This document shows, piece by piece, positions 25,401 through 38,300 of a DNA stretch of 64,000 bases. Below the pieces are notes generated by a model. That model saw only the letters and a program-made list of their open reading frames with translations. It did not search any database and was not told the origin of the DNA. The DNA comes from Bugula neritina (lineage: Eukaryota; Animalia; Bryozoa). Location of the stretch: contig OZ037769.1 in NCBI GenBank assembly GCA_964035545.1, forward strand, positions 186,001 to 250,000, in the 5' to 3' direction. The position numbers were made by a program, and so were the translations under genes. The stretch's first letter is position 1. Every line of letters starts with the position of its first letter.

Positions 25401-28400
25401 GTATAATATAGTAAGTATAGTATAGTGAGTATAGTATAGTAAGTATAGTATAGTAAGTATAATATAGTAAGTATAGTATAGTAAGTATAGTATAGTGAGT
25501 ATAATATAGTAAGTATAGTAAGTATAGTATAGTAAGTATAATATAGTAAGTATAGTATAGTGAGTATAGTATAGTAAGTATAGTATAGTAAGTATAATAT
25601 AGTAAGTATAATATAGTAAGTATAGTATAGTAAGTATAGTATAGTATAGTAAGTATAGTATAGTAAGCGTAATATAGTAAGTAAACTTCTCAGTGCTCTT
25701 GTAGGCGATGTACATGACTTACGTACGCAACTGTAAGTTCTCTTCGCCAACTCTGCTTCCCATGATCAGCTTTATGCAGCACTCTCTGGTAGAGATCTTT
25801 GGTCTGGACCGGTTGCTAGGATACCAGTACACATTTGTGTATGTCAGACAGCTGGCTATACACCTGAGGAATGCTATAGCCAGCAAGAAGAAGGTTGGTA
25901 TGTATATCTGTGTGAGTACTGTGTGTATACTGTGTAAGTACTGTGTGAGTACTGTGTAAGTACTGTGTGAGTACTGTGTGAGTACTGTGTGAATACTGTG
26001 TGAGTACTGTGTGAGTACTGGTGTTGAGTACTGGTGTTCTTGTAGGAGGCCCACCAGGCTGTCTACAACTGGCAGTTTATCCACAGCTGTTCTCTCTTCT
26101 CTCGTCTCGTCAGCACTCTCTATTCGGATGAGAATATTCAGCAACTTGTCTTCCCTCTTATACAGATCATCACTGGTGTCATTAGGTAGCAATAATATAA
26201 TATAGTAATATAGTAATATAATATAGTAATATAATATAATAATATAGTGTAGTAATATAATAATATAGTAATATAATATAATAATATAATATAGCAATAC
26301 TTTCATCATGTTTCCAGACTGATCCCCACTACCAGGTTCTATCCTCTCAGGTTTCAGTGTATCAGAATGTTGAACCTAATTTCTTTAGAGACCGGAGTTT
26401 ACATACCTACTCTGTCCTATATACTAGAGGTAAGTACTCTGTACTATATACTAGAGGTAAGTACTCTGTACTATATACTAGAGGTAAGTACTCTGTCCTA
26501 TATACTAGAGGTAAGTACTCTGTCCTATATACTAGAGGTAAGTACTCTGTCCTATATACTAGAGGTAAGTACTCTGTCCTATATACTAGAGGTAAGTACT
26601 CTGTCCTATATACTAGAGGTAAGTACTCTGTCCTATATACTAGAGGTAAGTACTCTGTCCTATATACTAGAGGTAAGTACTCTGTCCTATATACTAGAGG
26701 TAAGTACTCTGTCCTATATACTAGAGGTAAGTACTCTGTCCTATATACTAGAGGTAAGTACTCTGTACTATATACTAGAGGTAAGTACTCTGTCCTATAT
26801 ACTAGAGGTAAGTACTCTGTCCTATATACTAGAGGTAAGTACTCTGTCCTATATACTAGAGGTAAGTACTCTGTCCTATATACTAGAGGTAAGTACTCTG
26901 TCCTATATACTAGAGGTAAGTACTCTGTCCTATATACTAGAGGTAAGTACTCTGTACTATATACTAGAGGTAAGTACTCTGTCCTATATACTAGAGATAA
27001 GTACTCTGTACTATATACTAGAGGTAAGTACTCTGTACTATATACTAGAGGTAAGTACTCTGTACTATGTCATATACTGTTTTGCAGGTCATAGAGACTA
27101 CAGACTTCCAGAAGAAGATTTCCCGAGTCAACACCCGCCCCATTGACTTCTCCTGCATCCTCAAACTCTCCAAGACTCAGACTCACGACCGAGCCTTCAA
27201 AGATGGAGTCATGGACCAGCTGTACGAGCTCGCACTGGACCATCTCTCCGCCTACTCTCACACCATCTCCTTTCCTGAAGTCGTCTCTCAACCTCTCCAT
27301 CAGGTATTCTACTCAACCTCTTCATCAGGTATTCTACTCAACCTCTTCATCAGGTATTCTACTCAACCTCTCCATCAGGTATTCTACTCAACCTCTCCAT
27401 CAGGTATTCTACTCAACCTCTCCATCAGGTATTGTATAGTACTGTACTGTATTGTATTGTATTATACTGTATTGTATGATACTGCACTGCACTGTATTGT
27501 ACTGTATTGTACTGTACTGTATTGTATTGTATTGTACTGCACTGTATTGTACTGTATTGTATTATACTGCACTGCACTCTAATATATCAAATCTCTCTGC
27601 AGATGAAGCAGTTTGTCAAGACGTGTAAAGTAGCCAACTTCACTAAACTCTTCAAGCAAGTCATCAGCAAGATTGACGAAACTACTCGGGTTATTCAGTG
27701 CAGACGGCGTGGCTCTGCAATAGATTTGTCTTCTCCTGACTATGTGGTAAATAGTTGTCTTCTCATTATGTATATATAAGTAGTTGTCTTCTCATTATGT
27801 ATATATAAGTAGTTGTCTCCTCATTATGTATATATAAGTAGTTGTCTTCTCATTATGTATATATAAGTAGTTGTCTCCTTATTATGTGTATATAAGTAGT
27901 TGTCTCCTCATTATGTGTATATAAGTAGTTGTCTCCTCATTATGTATATTTAAGTAGTTGTCTCCTCCTTATGTATATATAAGTAGTTGTCTCCTCATTA
28001 TGTATATATAAGTAGTTGTCTTCTCATTATGTATATATAAGTAGTTGTCTCCTCCTTATGTATATTTAAGTAGTTGTCTCCTCTATTTTACCAGAGAAAC
28101 TGGGAGACTGCAAGTAGACTGGAAGGCACGCCTCTCACAACGTACTACAAACAGTATAGAGTTCTGCGTGACAGAGAGGTGCAGATGCAGATTTCCGGCA
28201 AGGAGCAGGTAACTCCTAGTATAATATAGCCTACTTGTAGTAACTCCTCTGGGTCGGAACTCTCTTTGCTAGTTGGTAGGAAAGTTGTTCTCAGTTTATT
28301 AGATTCATTCATGTTTCGTGCAGATGGAGTCGTATGATAAAACTCCCATCATACCGACTGGACAGCGCCGTGCTACCGAATCAGAAAGGAAGGAGTTCTC

Positions 28401-28900
28401 CTCTCTGTTTGACAGCAGCCAATCAGAAGACAGCAGTGATGATGACGAGGAAAGGTAAGTGATGCTGTGTTGAAGCTGTGTTGAAGCTGCATGTACTGTG
28501 TGTTGTGTATATTTCTAGCCGTGGCCGTGTAGTCTAGCCTCTGTATGCTGCAATGAGCCGTTATTTTAGTAAATATAAATATTTCAACAAACGTTTTAGA
28601 TTCAAACCGAAGAGTGAAAGAAAGCAGAAGGCAAGAGTTGCAGCAGATGATTCTAGTGATGATGATGTGAGCTCATTAAACAGTGAGGAATACGCCATGT
28701 TGGATAGAGATGTGTCAGATGAGGAAGGGGCGGAGTCAGGCGAGGAAGGGGCGGAGTCAGACGAGGAAGGGGCGGAGTCAGGCGAGGAAAGGGCGGAGTC
28801 AGGCGAGGAAGGGGCGGAGTCAGATGGTAGTGACATAGACATGGTCACTGCTGAAGATGTCGTTGAAGACTTGGAATTATCTGATCTGGATGACTGTTAG
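19479..28900 (+). CDS. NOC2L: Nucleolar complex protein 2 homolog, ~15 exons
   Basis: Approximate exons 19479-19741, 20069-20233, 20349-20600, 20785-20884, 20988-21145, 22072-22182, 22295-22408, 25705-25892, 26046-26185, 26318-26429, 27088-27303, 27603-27746, 28095-28208, 28324-28454, 28600-28900. Motifs [75 protein letters not shown], acidic tail. Confidence 0.95.
19833..20060. repeat. 28-bp intronic minisatellite, NOC2L first coding intron
   Basis: TGTATACAGCAAATCATATGTCAGTGTT x~8, ending just before the acceptor. Confidence 0.93.
20604..20780 (+). repeat. 19-bp array with TACTAAC branch-point consensus making up a whole NOC2L intron
   Basis: CTACTAACTAGACTCTGTT x9 perfect copies in intron 20601-20784. 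Confidence 0.95.
21147..22062. repeat. 10-bp satellite (ATATACTRTA) filling NOC2L intron 21146-22071
   Basis: ~90 copies starting right at the donor. Confidence 0.95.
22409..25685 (+). repeat. 3.3-kb 14-bp satellite built on the GTAAGT donor consensus (GTAAGTATARTATA)
   Basis: Begins at the real donor AAG|GTAAGT and fills intron 22409-25704; source of the spurious 1020-aa ORF. Confidence 0.95.
26408..27069 (+). repeat. 27-bp array = 22 nt exon end + GTAAG donor, 24 copies
   Basis: TACTCTGTMCTATATACTAGAG|GTAAG; donors at 26430+27n up to 27051 (one mutated to GATAAG). Confidence 0.95.
27287..27433 (+). repeat. 25-bp array = 17 nt exon end + GTATT donor, 6 copies
   Basis: CTCAACCTCTYCATCAG|GTATTCTA. 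Confidence 0.93.
27748..28082. repeat. 31-32-bp intronic minisatellite starting at a NOC2L donor
   Basis: TAAGTAGTTGTCTYCTCATTATGTATATA-type unit x~11. Confidence 0.9.
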
Positions 28901-29460
28901 AAATTGTCTTCTCACTTTTAATTGTTTTCTCACTTGTAGAATAGAAATGAAACTAAGCAAGTATTGTGCAACACCTTCTTATATTTTCTACAAAATTCTA
29001 TAATATCTCCTTCTTCTAAACAGCCTTGACCTTTTCACTGATGATAAATAAAATACTATATAATGTTGAGTCTGACTCTATATTCCTCAACTGCAAGTTG
29101 CTAGTAGAGAGTGAGGTAACAGACAGAGAAACAAATTTGCACAAATACAATAATAATAATGATTAGTATAAGATGCAGCTGTAGAAGTCGGTGTGATAGA
29201 AGTTCTTTTATTGGTTGCAGTATGATGTCTACTGATGTCGTCACTCACTGTCGAAGGTGTCTGAACCATTGTATTGCTCACAGTTTTCTACAAGTATATA
29301 AACTCAGCTTGTTATACAATACTTAACCTGCACCAATCTGTTATTTGTTGTTACAATGGAAGCTACTCCAACACTACAATACAACTCAATCATATCTCAA
29401 CCTGTCTAACCTGTACAATGGAAATATCTGCTTCCCCCAACACTACTGCTACCAGTCTGT

Positions 29461-31667
29461 TCATAGTCTGTAGTGTCGTGTCATCCAGCTCTGTCTGTTT
29501 GTCCACAGAACTAATATAGCACTGCAGAGTCTCCAACACGTGTCTACCTTTAAGTAAGTAAAGTAAGTATTAAGTAGAACAATTGAGAGCTGATCAGAAA
29601 TTCCCAGAAACCGAGTAGTTAGGATAACTCGCCTGTCCACTGTTTCCATGGTCGTCACATAAGATAAGCTGCTGTTTATAAGGAGGTCTTTAACACTGGA
29701 GGTATGAAAGTTGATGTTGCCACACTCTGTCACCACAGTGGACCAGATAGCTGAATGCTGCCACACCTCGCTGCCAGTATGCTGCCCGAGTTCACCTGAC
29801 CATAGTTGGCTGTACAACGGAGAGAGTTGCAGGTAGCTCTCCTCCAGAACTAAACATTTATATCAAGTATTCTCTGAAAGTTGCATATAGTATATACCAA
29901 GTTATATACAAGTATGATATATAAAGTTATATAAGAGTATTACATACAGAGTGAGAACAAACACATTGCATTAAACACATCTGGTTACACAGTAGAGATA
30001 AACTTGGCCTAAATATAGGAATATTTGTAGCAGAATTTCTCCAAGTACTGTGTGAGTGCATTAAATAGACTGTTTGTACACAAGATCACAAATCTTTCAC
30101 CCAGCTAATTGAAACAAAGAAACTCTACATCTGCTCTGAGTATTCTTAACTATAATGCAGATATCTCAAGTCCTCTAGAGTCTAGCATATAACCTGTGCA
30201 CTTTCTAATCTACATCTTACCTCTAATGACATCACGCTTTGGTTTGTCTTCCCAACAATATCTGCCTGCCAGGCGATCTAATCTATCCAATAGGAGGCCA
30301 GCTTCTATACTAGCTGAACCAGCCAATAGCTTTGCAGAGAGACATGGTTTGAAAACGGATACAAATTGTCTGGTAAACATAATAAACTGGGTTAAATATT
30401 GATAGCATTACAATAGATATACAGCTCAACATAAACACCATCAGTCAGTAGAGAATATCTGCAGTCAGTAGAGAGTATCTGCAGTCAGTAGAGAATATCT
30501 GCAGTCAGTAGAAAGTATCTGCAGTCAGTAGAGAATATCTGCAGTCAGTAGAGAATATCTGCAGTCAGTAGAGAATATCTGCAGTCAGTAGAGAATATCT
30601 GCAGTCAGTAGAGAATATCTGCAGTCAGTAGAGAATATCTGCAGTCAGTAGAGAATATCTGCAGTCAGTAGAGAATATCTGCAGTCAGTAGAGAATATCT
30701 GCAGTCAGTAGAGAATATCTGCAGTTGGCAAGAACGAATAAGTGAATCACTAACCGACAGTGAGTGGTGATCACAGACAGCACTGTGCTGTTAAAACTGA
30801 ACGACTGAAAGGCAGCGACGGGATCTTCAATGTCAGCTAGAGTAACTTCGTTAACGAGAGACTGTTCCAGTCTCCATTGGTTGTAGGAGCCGTTGAGGTA
30901 GGCCATCATTGGCTCAATAACAACCAATGAAACTGTTTGATTCTGCAGGCCATGCGACATAGCTTCTGCTACATCAGTATAGCACATTGTTAGAATGTCA
31001 AAGAATGCCGGGGTCTGTGAGGTGTCCCCTTCTCCTATAAGAATAGACAGCTATGTTTTAGAGATGTGGGTTTAATAAACACAAGTTTGAGTGACTGATG
31101 ACAAACCAGTAGATTAAATTTATGCTGCGACTAAGTTTCTATTTTTGCAGCAGAAAATGAGTTTATTGCTTAAAACTCTATGCTGTGAGCTCAGGCAGTG
31201 AAGGTAGACCTGACCTGGCAGAGTAGGAATCACAGAAGAAATTAGATCTTATCTTACCTCTAGTCTGCTGAAGCAGCATTGTGTGATGCGTAACCAACAC
31301 TATGGCATAGTACACCTTCATGTTAAGTTCTGATTTAAGTTCTACCTCAAGTCCGGTGTAGAGTTCTATCTCAAGTTATGTGTAGAATTCTACCTTAAGT
31401 TATGTGTAGATTTCTATCTCAAGTCCTGTGTAGAGTAATTAAAACCGGTAAAGAGTTATAATACAAGAAATACTATTACTGATGATACATATACACAGCC
31501 ACGCATATCAAATATTAACACAACTAATAGAACAAGAATCTGTGTTATTATAATATGTTATGCTAAAACATGTTTACTATATTAAGATAACTAGTTAATT
31601 ATTTACCTGCTTAGTGCTGTACGACACACTCCTAATTATACGCTGCACCCCTATACCTTGAGCAAAC
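29461..31667 (-). CDS. Uncharacterised multi-exon protein (5' end uncertain)
   Basis: Phase-compatible GT-AG exons ~31607-31667, 31258-31315, 30755-31035, 30221-30369, 29461-29849 give one open frame (..VYYAIVLVTHH..TPAFFDILTMCYTDVAE..KRDVIRVLEESYLQLSPLYSQLWS..); no family recognised. Confidence 0.5.
30443..30725. repeat. 20-bp intronic minisatellite (GCAGTCAGTAGAGAATATCT)
   Basis: ~14 near-perfect copies. Confidence 0.95.
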
Positions 31668-32105
31668 CTGAATATGTTAAAAGCATGCAGCTGTTCCATT
31701 GCCTATGGTATTAATTATTAGTGCTATTGCACTGTTTCACTCACCATATTCTCTCTGATAAATAATTAATTGTGTTACCATTAGCTTCTATTTTCAGTGT
31801 CCATAACAGGCTACATTGCGTTTTAAAAGTTTTAACTCTTCAATAAATAAATATATATACAGGTTAATAGTTAGAAATTTTGCTATTTTTAAGCTTTAAG
31901 CTTTATTCTTTGGTGATTTTCTGCTGGTTAGTTTTTTTACATTCAACTTAAATAAAATCAAAGCAAAAAAAGACATCAAGTTTGAGTTCTAATTTAAGAA
32001 TTTTAATTTCAAACACGAAATTACAAAACGAAATCGAACAAACAAAAGCATTTCATTCACAAAATGAAAATCAGTTATACTACAGCTATTCCAGTATATA
32101 TCTTT

Positions 32106-33810
32106 CTATTCGGTAGTTTCTCCTTCCTCTGCTGTGATTGGAGCAAGCTCTGGCGTGACGTCGTCGTCCTCGTCTACCGGCAGCTTTCGGTACGGTTCTA
32201 TTTTAATCTTACAAATACTTTGCTTTTGAACAGAAGCCGGCCCCATTCTAAAGCATAGCTAGAAATATAAGAGCAATACTACTTGTACATAGCTAGTAAT
32301 ATAAGAGCAATACTACTTGTACGTAGCTAGTAATATAAGAGCAATACTACTTGTATGTAGCTAGTAATATAAGAGTAATACTACTTGTACATAGCTAGTA
32401 ATATAAGAGCAATACTACTTGTACGTAGCTAGAAATATAAGAGCAAGACTTACACCAGAATACATTCTAAAAGTTTTTGAAAGTAGCTATCAAGCCTACG
32501 TATTGATAAACCTACAAACTGTTAAACTTACACTGGCGTTTCTTTTCACATTGGCTATGTAACACTGACATTCATCCCAACAGTTCAAAGGTCGATGGAC
32601 GTTCTTCCTGAGACACGTGTACAGAGTTTTCTCTAGAGCTGCATTGATTGGCTCACTCATATTTCTCCTTGAAGAGAACAAAATAGGATGAGAAAAAATA
32701 TATCTGATTAACAAAGTGAGATGAAAGGAACTGTTGTGATATGACTCATTACTAACCTAAGGCTACGGGAGCAGTGGTTAAAGAACTTACTTGAACTTAG
32801 CTGCTACAATAGGCAGACTGGCAGTGTATTTGTCTAGCAAGTGTCGCGTCTCTTTGCTGTGCTACAATCACCGCAACAAACAAGAGTTAGCAACTCAGAG
32901 AGTGATGTGATTGTTATATATTCAAGGGGTTTGCTTCACAAGAAAGAGAATTTATAAATTAAAAGCAACAGCAGCTTTTAAGTGGGAAATACAATTAGTA
33001 AATACTTTGAGTTCTAGTTTCTCTAAGTACTCGGTATACGCTGCGTCCATATCCTGTCCGTAGAGATGTTGAAGACTTAGGCTATTTGAGTCATATTCAC
33101 TGCATTGAGAAGGCTTTGTCTCACCAAACTACAGCAGAATAGAAATTTCTATCTACTTAACCGAGATATATGATATTATGACTAACTAACTAGCTAGCTA
33201 ACATGTCCTACACACAATAATGCATGTTTATCATAATTCCACAGTAGTAATGCAGGGGACAGAACCTATTACCCTGTATTGTATGCTGTGTCTACACTAG
33301 CTCCTCTCATAGTAATCAAATATATAGACTTGAGTCACCGTGGCATAGATTATGCAATAGGAAATAAAATAGAGTAGAAGTTATCCTACCATTCTCTTCC
33401 ATAGACCAGCTGATTCCATTTGTTGTTCTTTCTTCATGAGACAAAGAATATCTTTTCTGTAGTGTTCTCCAGACTTTACCAGAGTTCTGTACGCCTCTTG
33501 AGTGTCCTGTAATATAATCAAATATAATAACAATACATCCTATATAATATAATATAATACATCCTAATATAATATAACACATCCTATATAATATAATACA
33601 TCCTATATAATATAATATAATACATCCTAATATAATATAACACATCCTATATAATATATTACATCCTTTATAATATAATGCATCCTATATAATAGAGCAT
33701 ATAATAATATGAAGGTAATAATTTACACACACCTCTGGCCTGGTAGGAGGATCTGCATTATTAACAGAGTTGAGGTTATTGGGAACAGTGCAGCTTTCAT
33801 TTGCACCCAT
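32106..33810 (-). CDS. Uncharacterised ~230-aa protein with N-terminal myristoylation-like MGANESC, 6 exons
   Basis: Approximate exons 33733-33810, 33390-33506, 33006-33128, 32791-32861, 32532-32667, 32106-32258 splice in frame at GT-AG: MGANESCTVP..DTQEAYRTLVKSG..FGETKPSQC..HSKETRHLLDKY..RPLNCWDECQCY..acidic C-terminus. Confidence 0.6.
32254..32446 (-). repeat. 34-bp array containing acceptor CTAG|CTA
   Basis: ~6 copies ending at the predicted last-exon acceptor of the 32106-33810 gene. Confidence 0.85.
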
Positions 33811-34007
33811 TTCTCTGTCTTTCTGCTGCTATAAAATTTTATTTACTGAAACAAAGAAATGGTGTCTGAAATACTCAGAATGCATGAAATAATTTCATCA
33901 ATTCTGCAAATTAATTTATGTTGAATGTTTCACATGTTTCACTGTATTAATTTGTGGAATGCAGTTTTTCACTGAAATTAAATATTATAAAATTTATATG
34001 TAATAGC

Positions 34008-34144
34008 TAGTAGTAGTAGGAGTAGTAGCAGTAGTAGTAGTAGTAGTAGTAGCAGTATTAGTAGTAGTAGTAGCAGTAGTAGGAGTAGTAGCAGTAGTAG
34101 TAGTAGTAGTAATAGTAGTAGTAGTACTAGTAGCAGTAGCATTT

Positions 34145-34215
<71 letters not shown>

Positions 34216-34345
34216 GGTAGTAGTAGCAGTATTAGTAGTAGTGGTAGTAGTAGCAGTATTAGTAGTAGTAGTAGCAGTAGTAGGAGTAGTAGCAGTAGTA
34301 GTAGTAGTAGTAATAGTAGTAGTAGTACTAGTAGCAGTAGCATTT

Positions 34346-34395
<50 letters not shown>

Positions 34396-34445
34396 GGTAG
34401 TAGTAGCAGTATTAGTAGTAGTAGTAGCAGTAGTAGTAGTAGTAC

Positions 34446-34483
<38 letters not shown>

Positions 34484-34496
34484 TTAGTAGCAGTAT

Positions 34497-34529
<33 letters not shown>

Positions 34530-34676
34530 TAGTAGTAGCAGTAGTAGTACTAGTAGTAGTAGTAGTAGTAGCAGTATTAGTAGTAGTAGTAGTAGTACTA
34601 GTAGTAGTAGCAGTATTAGTAGTAGTAGTAGGAGTAGTAGTAGTAGTAGCAGTAGTAGCAGTAGTAGTAGTAGTAC

Positions 34677-34714
<38 letters not shown>

Positions 34715-34727
34715 TTAGTAGCAGTAT

Positions 34728-34760
<33 letters not shown>

Positions 34761-34847
34761 TAGTAGTAGCAGTAGTAGTAGTAGTACTAGTAGTAGCAGT
34801 ATTAGTAGTAGTAGTAGTAGTAGTACTAGTAGTAGTAGTAGCAGTAT

Positions 34848-34883
<36 letters not shown>

Positions 34884-34920
34884 CAGTAGCAGTAGTAGTA
34901 GCAGTAGTAGTAGTAGCAGT
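34008..34920. repeat. Imperfect (AGT)n microsatellite, ~0.9 kb
   Basis: Visible; source of poly-V/poly-L spurious ORFs. Confidence 0.97.
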
Positions 34921-35356
34921 CAGTAATTCTGATATTTCTAGCTCAATGCAAAGTAAATGTTGTTTGGTTAATTAATGAAGTATTTCAATATTTATTTATG
35001 GCACAACCACCAGATTTATTATAATGGCAATATAATTAATTTATTCACTAACATAAAAGTGATATTATGATAAAATACAGGAGGCCTCACAGTTGGTGAA
35101 AGTCAACTAACTATGAAACAGAACAGTCACCTGACTAGATATGGTTATAAGGGGTTGTATAAAACAACGGGTATGTTTATCATAATAGATATAGTTATAT
35201 AAATAGTAACAGTAAATATAAATTTCGTATAAATAAAACAGAAACACAACATTGCATTAGAATAACAATCAATTTTACTCTTCACATATTCCAGAGTCGA
35301 GTTGGTGACTGTATAGCAGACAACACAAAGATCTCTCCTGCACAATACAAGGATCT

Positions 35357-38300
35357 CTACGACACAGTTCTGAGGTAGACCCGTTTACGCAGCGTGTGTA
35401 GAGGCAGCGGGTACTGCGTAGCTGTGGTCTGAGCATGCTTCTTCTCGTATGACATCACCACGTTGTTCACTTCGGTGAGTATCGACAGCAAGTCAGCCTT
35501 GTTATGTAACTTGAGCAGCTGTTCGCAGAGCGCCTGGATGTACCACGACCCCTTTGACTTACTTCTGTAGGCCACGAAACCAGGTACTGTAAGTACACAC
35601 AGCAGAGTAGTATAATATATTATAGCATAGTACAGTATATGATAACACAGTATAGTATATGATAACATAGTACAGTATATGATAACATAGTATAGTATAT
35701 GATAACACAGTATAGTATATGATAACATAGTATAGTATATGATAACAAAGTACAGTATATGATAACATAGTATAGTATATGATAACATAGTATAGTATAT
35801 GATAACATAGTATAGTATATGATGACACAGTATAGTATATGAGGACTACCTGTGGCCAGACCGAGCAGGAAGTCCGGATGCCGCGGGATGTTGGTAACTC
35901 GAGACAATCTGCCAGACGAGTCTGTTTCTAAATCTTCTGTCTGTGCTGAGCCATCAACGGATGGGAAAGATTCCAGAGATTCTACAGATAACACTTGACA
36001 GTGAAATATTCTACAGATAACACTTGACAGTGAGAGATTCTATAGATAACACTTGACAGTGAAACATTCTACAGATAACACTTGACAGTAAAATATTCTA
36101 GAGATAACACTTGACAGTGAGAGATTCTACAGATAACACTTGACAGTGAGATATTCTACAGATAACACAGTTTGACAGTGAAATATTCTACAGATAACAC
36201 TTGACAGTGAAATATTCTACAGATAACACCTACCATCGGTGAATCTGTGACCTTGACATGCCTGGACAAAGAATATTTTAGGTTTGTTTTCCAGAGTGGG
36301 ACATCGTTGTGGTGTAAACCGGGACAGGATGTTGTGTAACGGGATTGGTTGAGAATCAGTTCCTAGAATCTTACCAGCGTCACCATGACTACAGAACACA
36401 AATGTACTATTAGTGTTGCCATAGTTACAGAATGCAAATGTACTAGTGGTTACTAGTGTTGCCATGTTTACAGAACACAAATGTACTAGTGGTTACAAGT
36501 GTTGCCATGACTACAGAACACAAATTAAGAGCTCAATGTGCTGACTACATGTGACGGGGTTGGAATAGCTAAATACTTACGACAGGATACAGCATACGAA
36601 AAGGTCATAGTTGGAGTGATTGAGAGAGGCGTACTCTTTCATCACCTGAGATATCTCGTATGCCGTGAGATTCGTACGAATCTGAACGTCGAAACAGAGT
36701 TTAGTGAAGACTTTAGTGAGTTGAGCTGAAAAAGATAGGATATGAGATTACTTTCTGTCACATGGGATGAAATATACATAATACAGTCTAGGGATGAACC
36801 AGTAAGAAATATACACACTACAGTCTAGGGATGAACCAGTAAGAAATATACATACTACAGTCTAGGGATGAACCAGTAAGAAATATACATGCTACAGTCT
36901 AGGGATGAACCAGTAAGAAATATACATACTACAGTCTAGGGATGAACCAGTAAGAAATATACATGCTACAGTCTAGGGATGAACAAGTAAGAAATATACA
37001 TACTACAGTCTAGGGATGAACCAGTAAGAAATATACATACTACAGTCTAGAGATGAACCGGCCCGAAACTCTAGAGGGACTTTTCCAGAAGAAGATCTGT
37101 CTGTTTGTCTGTCTGTTTGCCTAACTTCGGCAGTTTCAAACTCTACATTGTTGATGATAAGGCAAATCCCTTTCTTTACATGAGATTGCGTAGTTATTGG
37201 GTACACTTGCACTGATGTGGTAGTCAGGGATGCAGAAGGCATAGCTGCAGGAGCTAAAACAGCATTTCTTTTCACAAATCACAATCACTTGGCACGTATT
37301 CAGGTATGTAGGGGATTATTCTTCCCGTGAGGGGGAAATCCACAAAATAGTTCAGTGAAGTATTAACTCTAACTTGAAGGTGCTCAAAGATTGCAGGGAA
37401 TTCAAGTTATCTATGCTATACTTACAGTGTATACTATACTTACAGTGTATACTATACTTACAGTGTATGCTATACTCACAGTGTATACTATACTTACAGT
37501 TCTATACTATACTTACAGTGTATATTATACTTACAGTGTATATTATACTTACAGTTCTATACTATAATACTTACAGTATATATTATACTTACCATCGACA
37601 TAGTCGCACTGTATGCTTATATCTTTTTTAGGCTCAGTCTTACTACAATGCTCATCTACAAAATAGTGATAGAAGTATATTATAATATGTAGAAGTATAT
37701 TATAATATGAAGAAGTATATTATAATATGTAGAAGTATATTATAATATGAAGAAGTATATTATAATATGTAGAAGTATATTATAATATGTATAAATATAT
37801 TACAATATGTAGAAGTATATTATAATATGCAGAAGTATATTATAATATGTAGAAGTATATTATAATATGAAGAAGTATATTATAATATGTAGAAGTATAT
37901 TATAATATGTAGAAGTATATTATAATATGCAGAAGTATATTATAATATGTAGAAGTATATTATAATATGTAGAAGTATATTATAATATGTAGAAGTATAT
38001 TATAATATGAAGAAGTATATTATAATATGAAGAAGTATATTATAATATGAAGAAGTATATTATAATATGAAGAAGTATATTATAATATGAAGAAGTATAT
38101 TATAATATGTAGAAGTATATTATAATATGAAGAAGTATATTATAATATGTAGAAGTATATTATAATATGAAGAAGTATATTATAATATGTAGAAGTATAT
38201 TATAATATGTAGAAGTATATTATAATATGCAGAAGTATATTATAATATGTAGAAGTATATTATAATATGTAGAAGTATATTATAATATGTATAAATATAT

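Noticed and set aside
22653-25715. 1020-aa Y/T/I/L-rich ORF
   Set aside because: Antisense read-through of the 14-bp intronic satellite in NOC2L; no protein-like complexity.
33978-34975. Poly-Leu / poly-Val ORFs
   Set aside because: Translation of the (AGT)n microsatellite.
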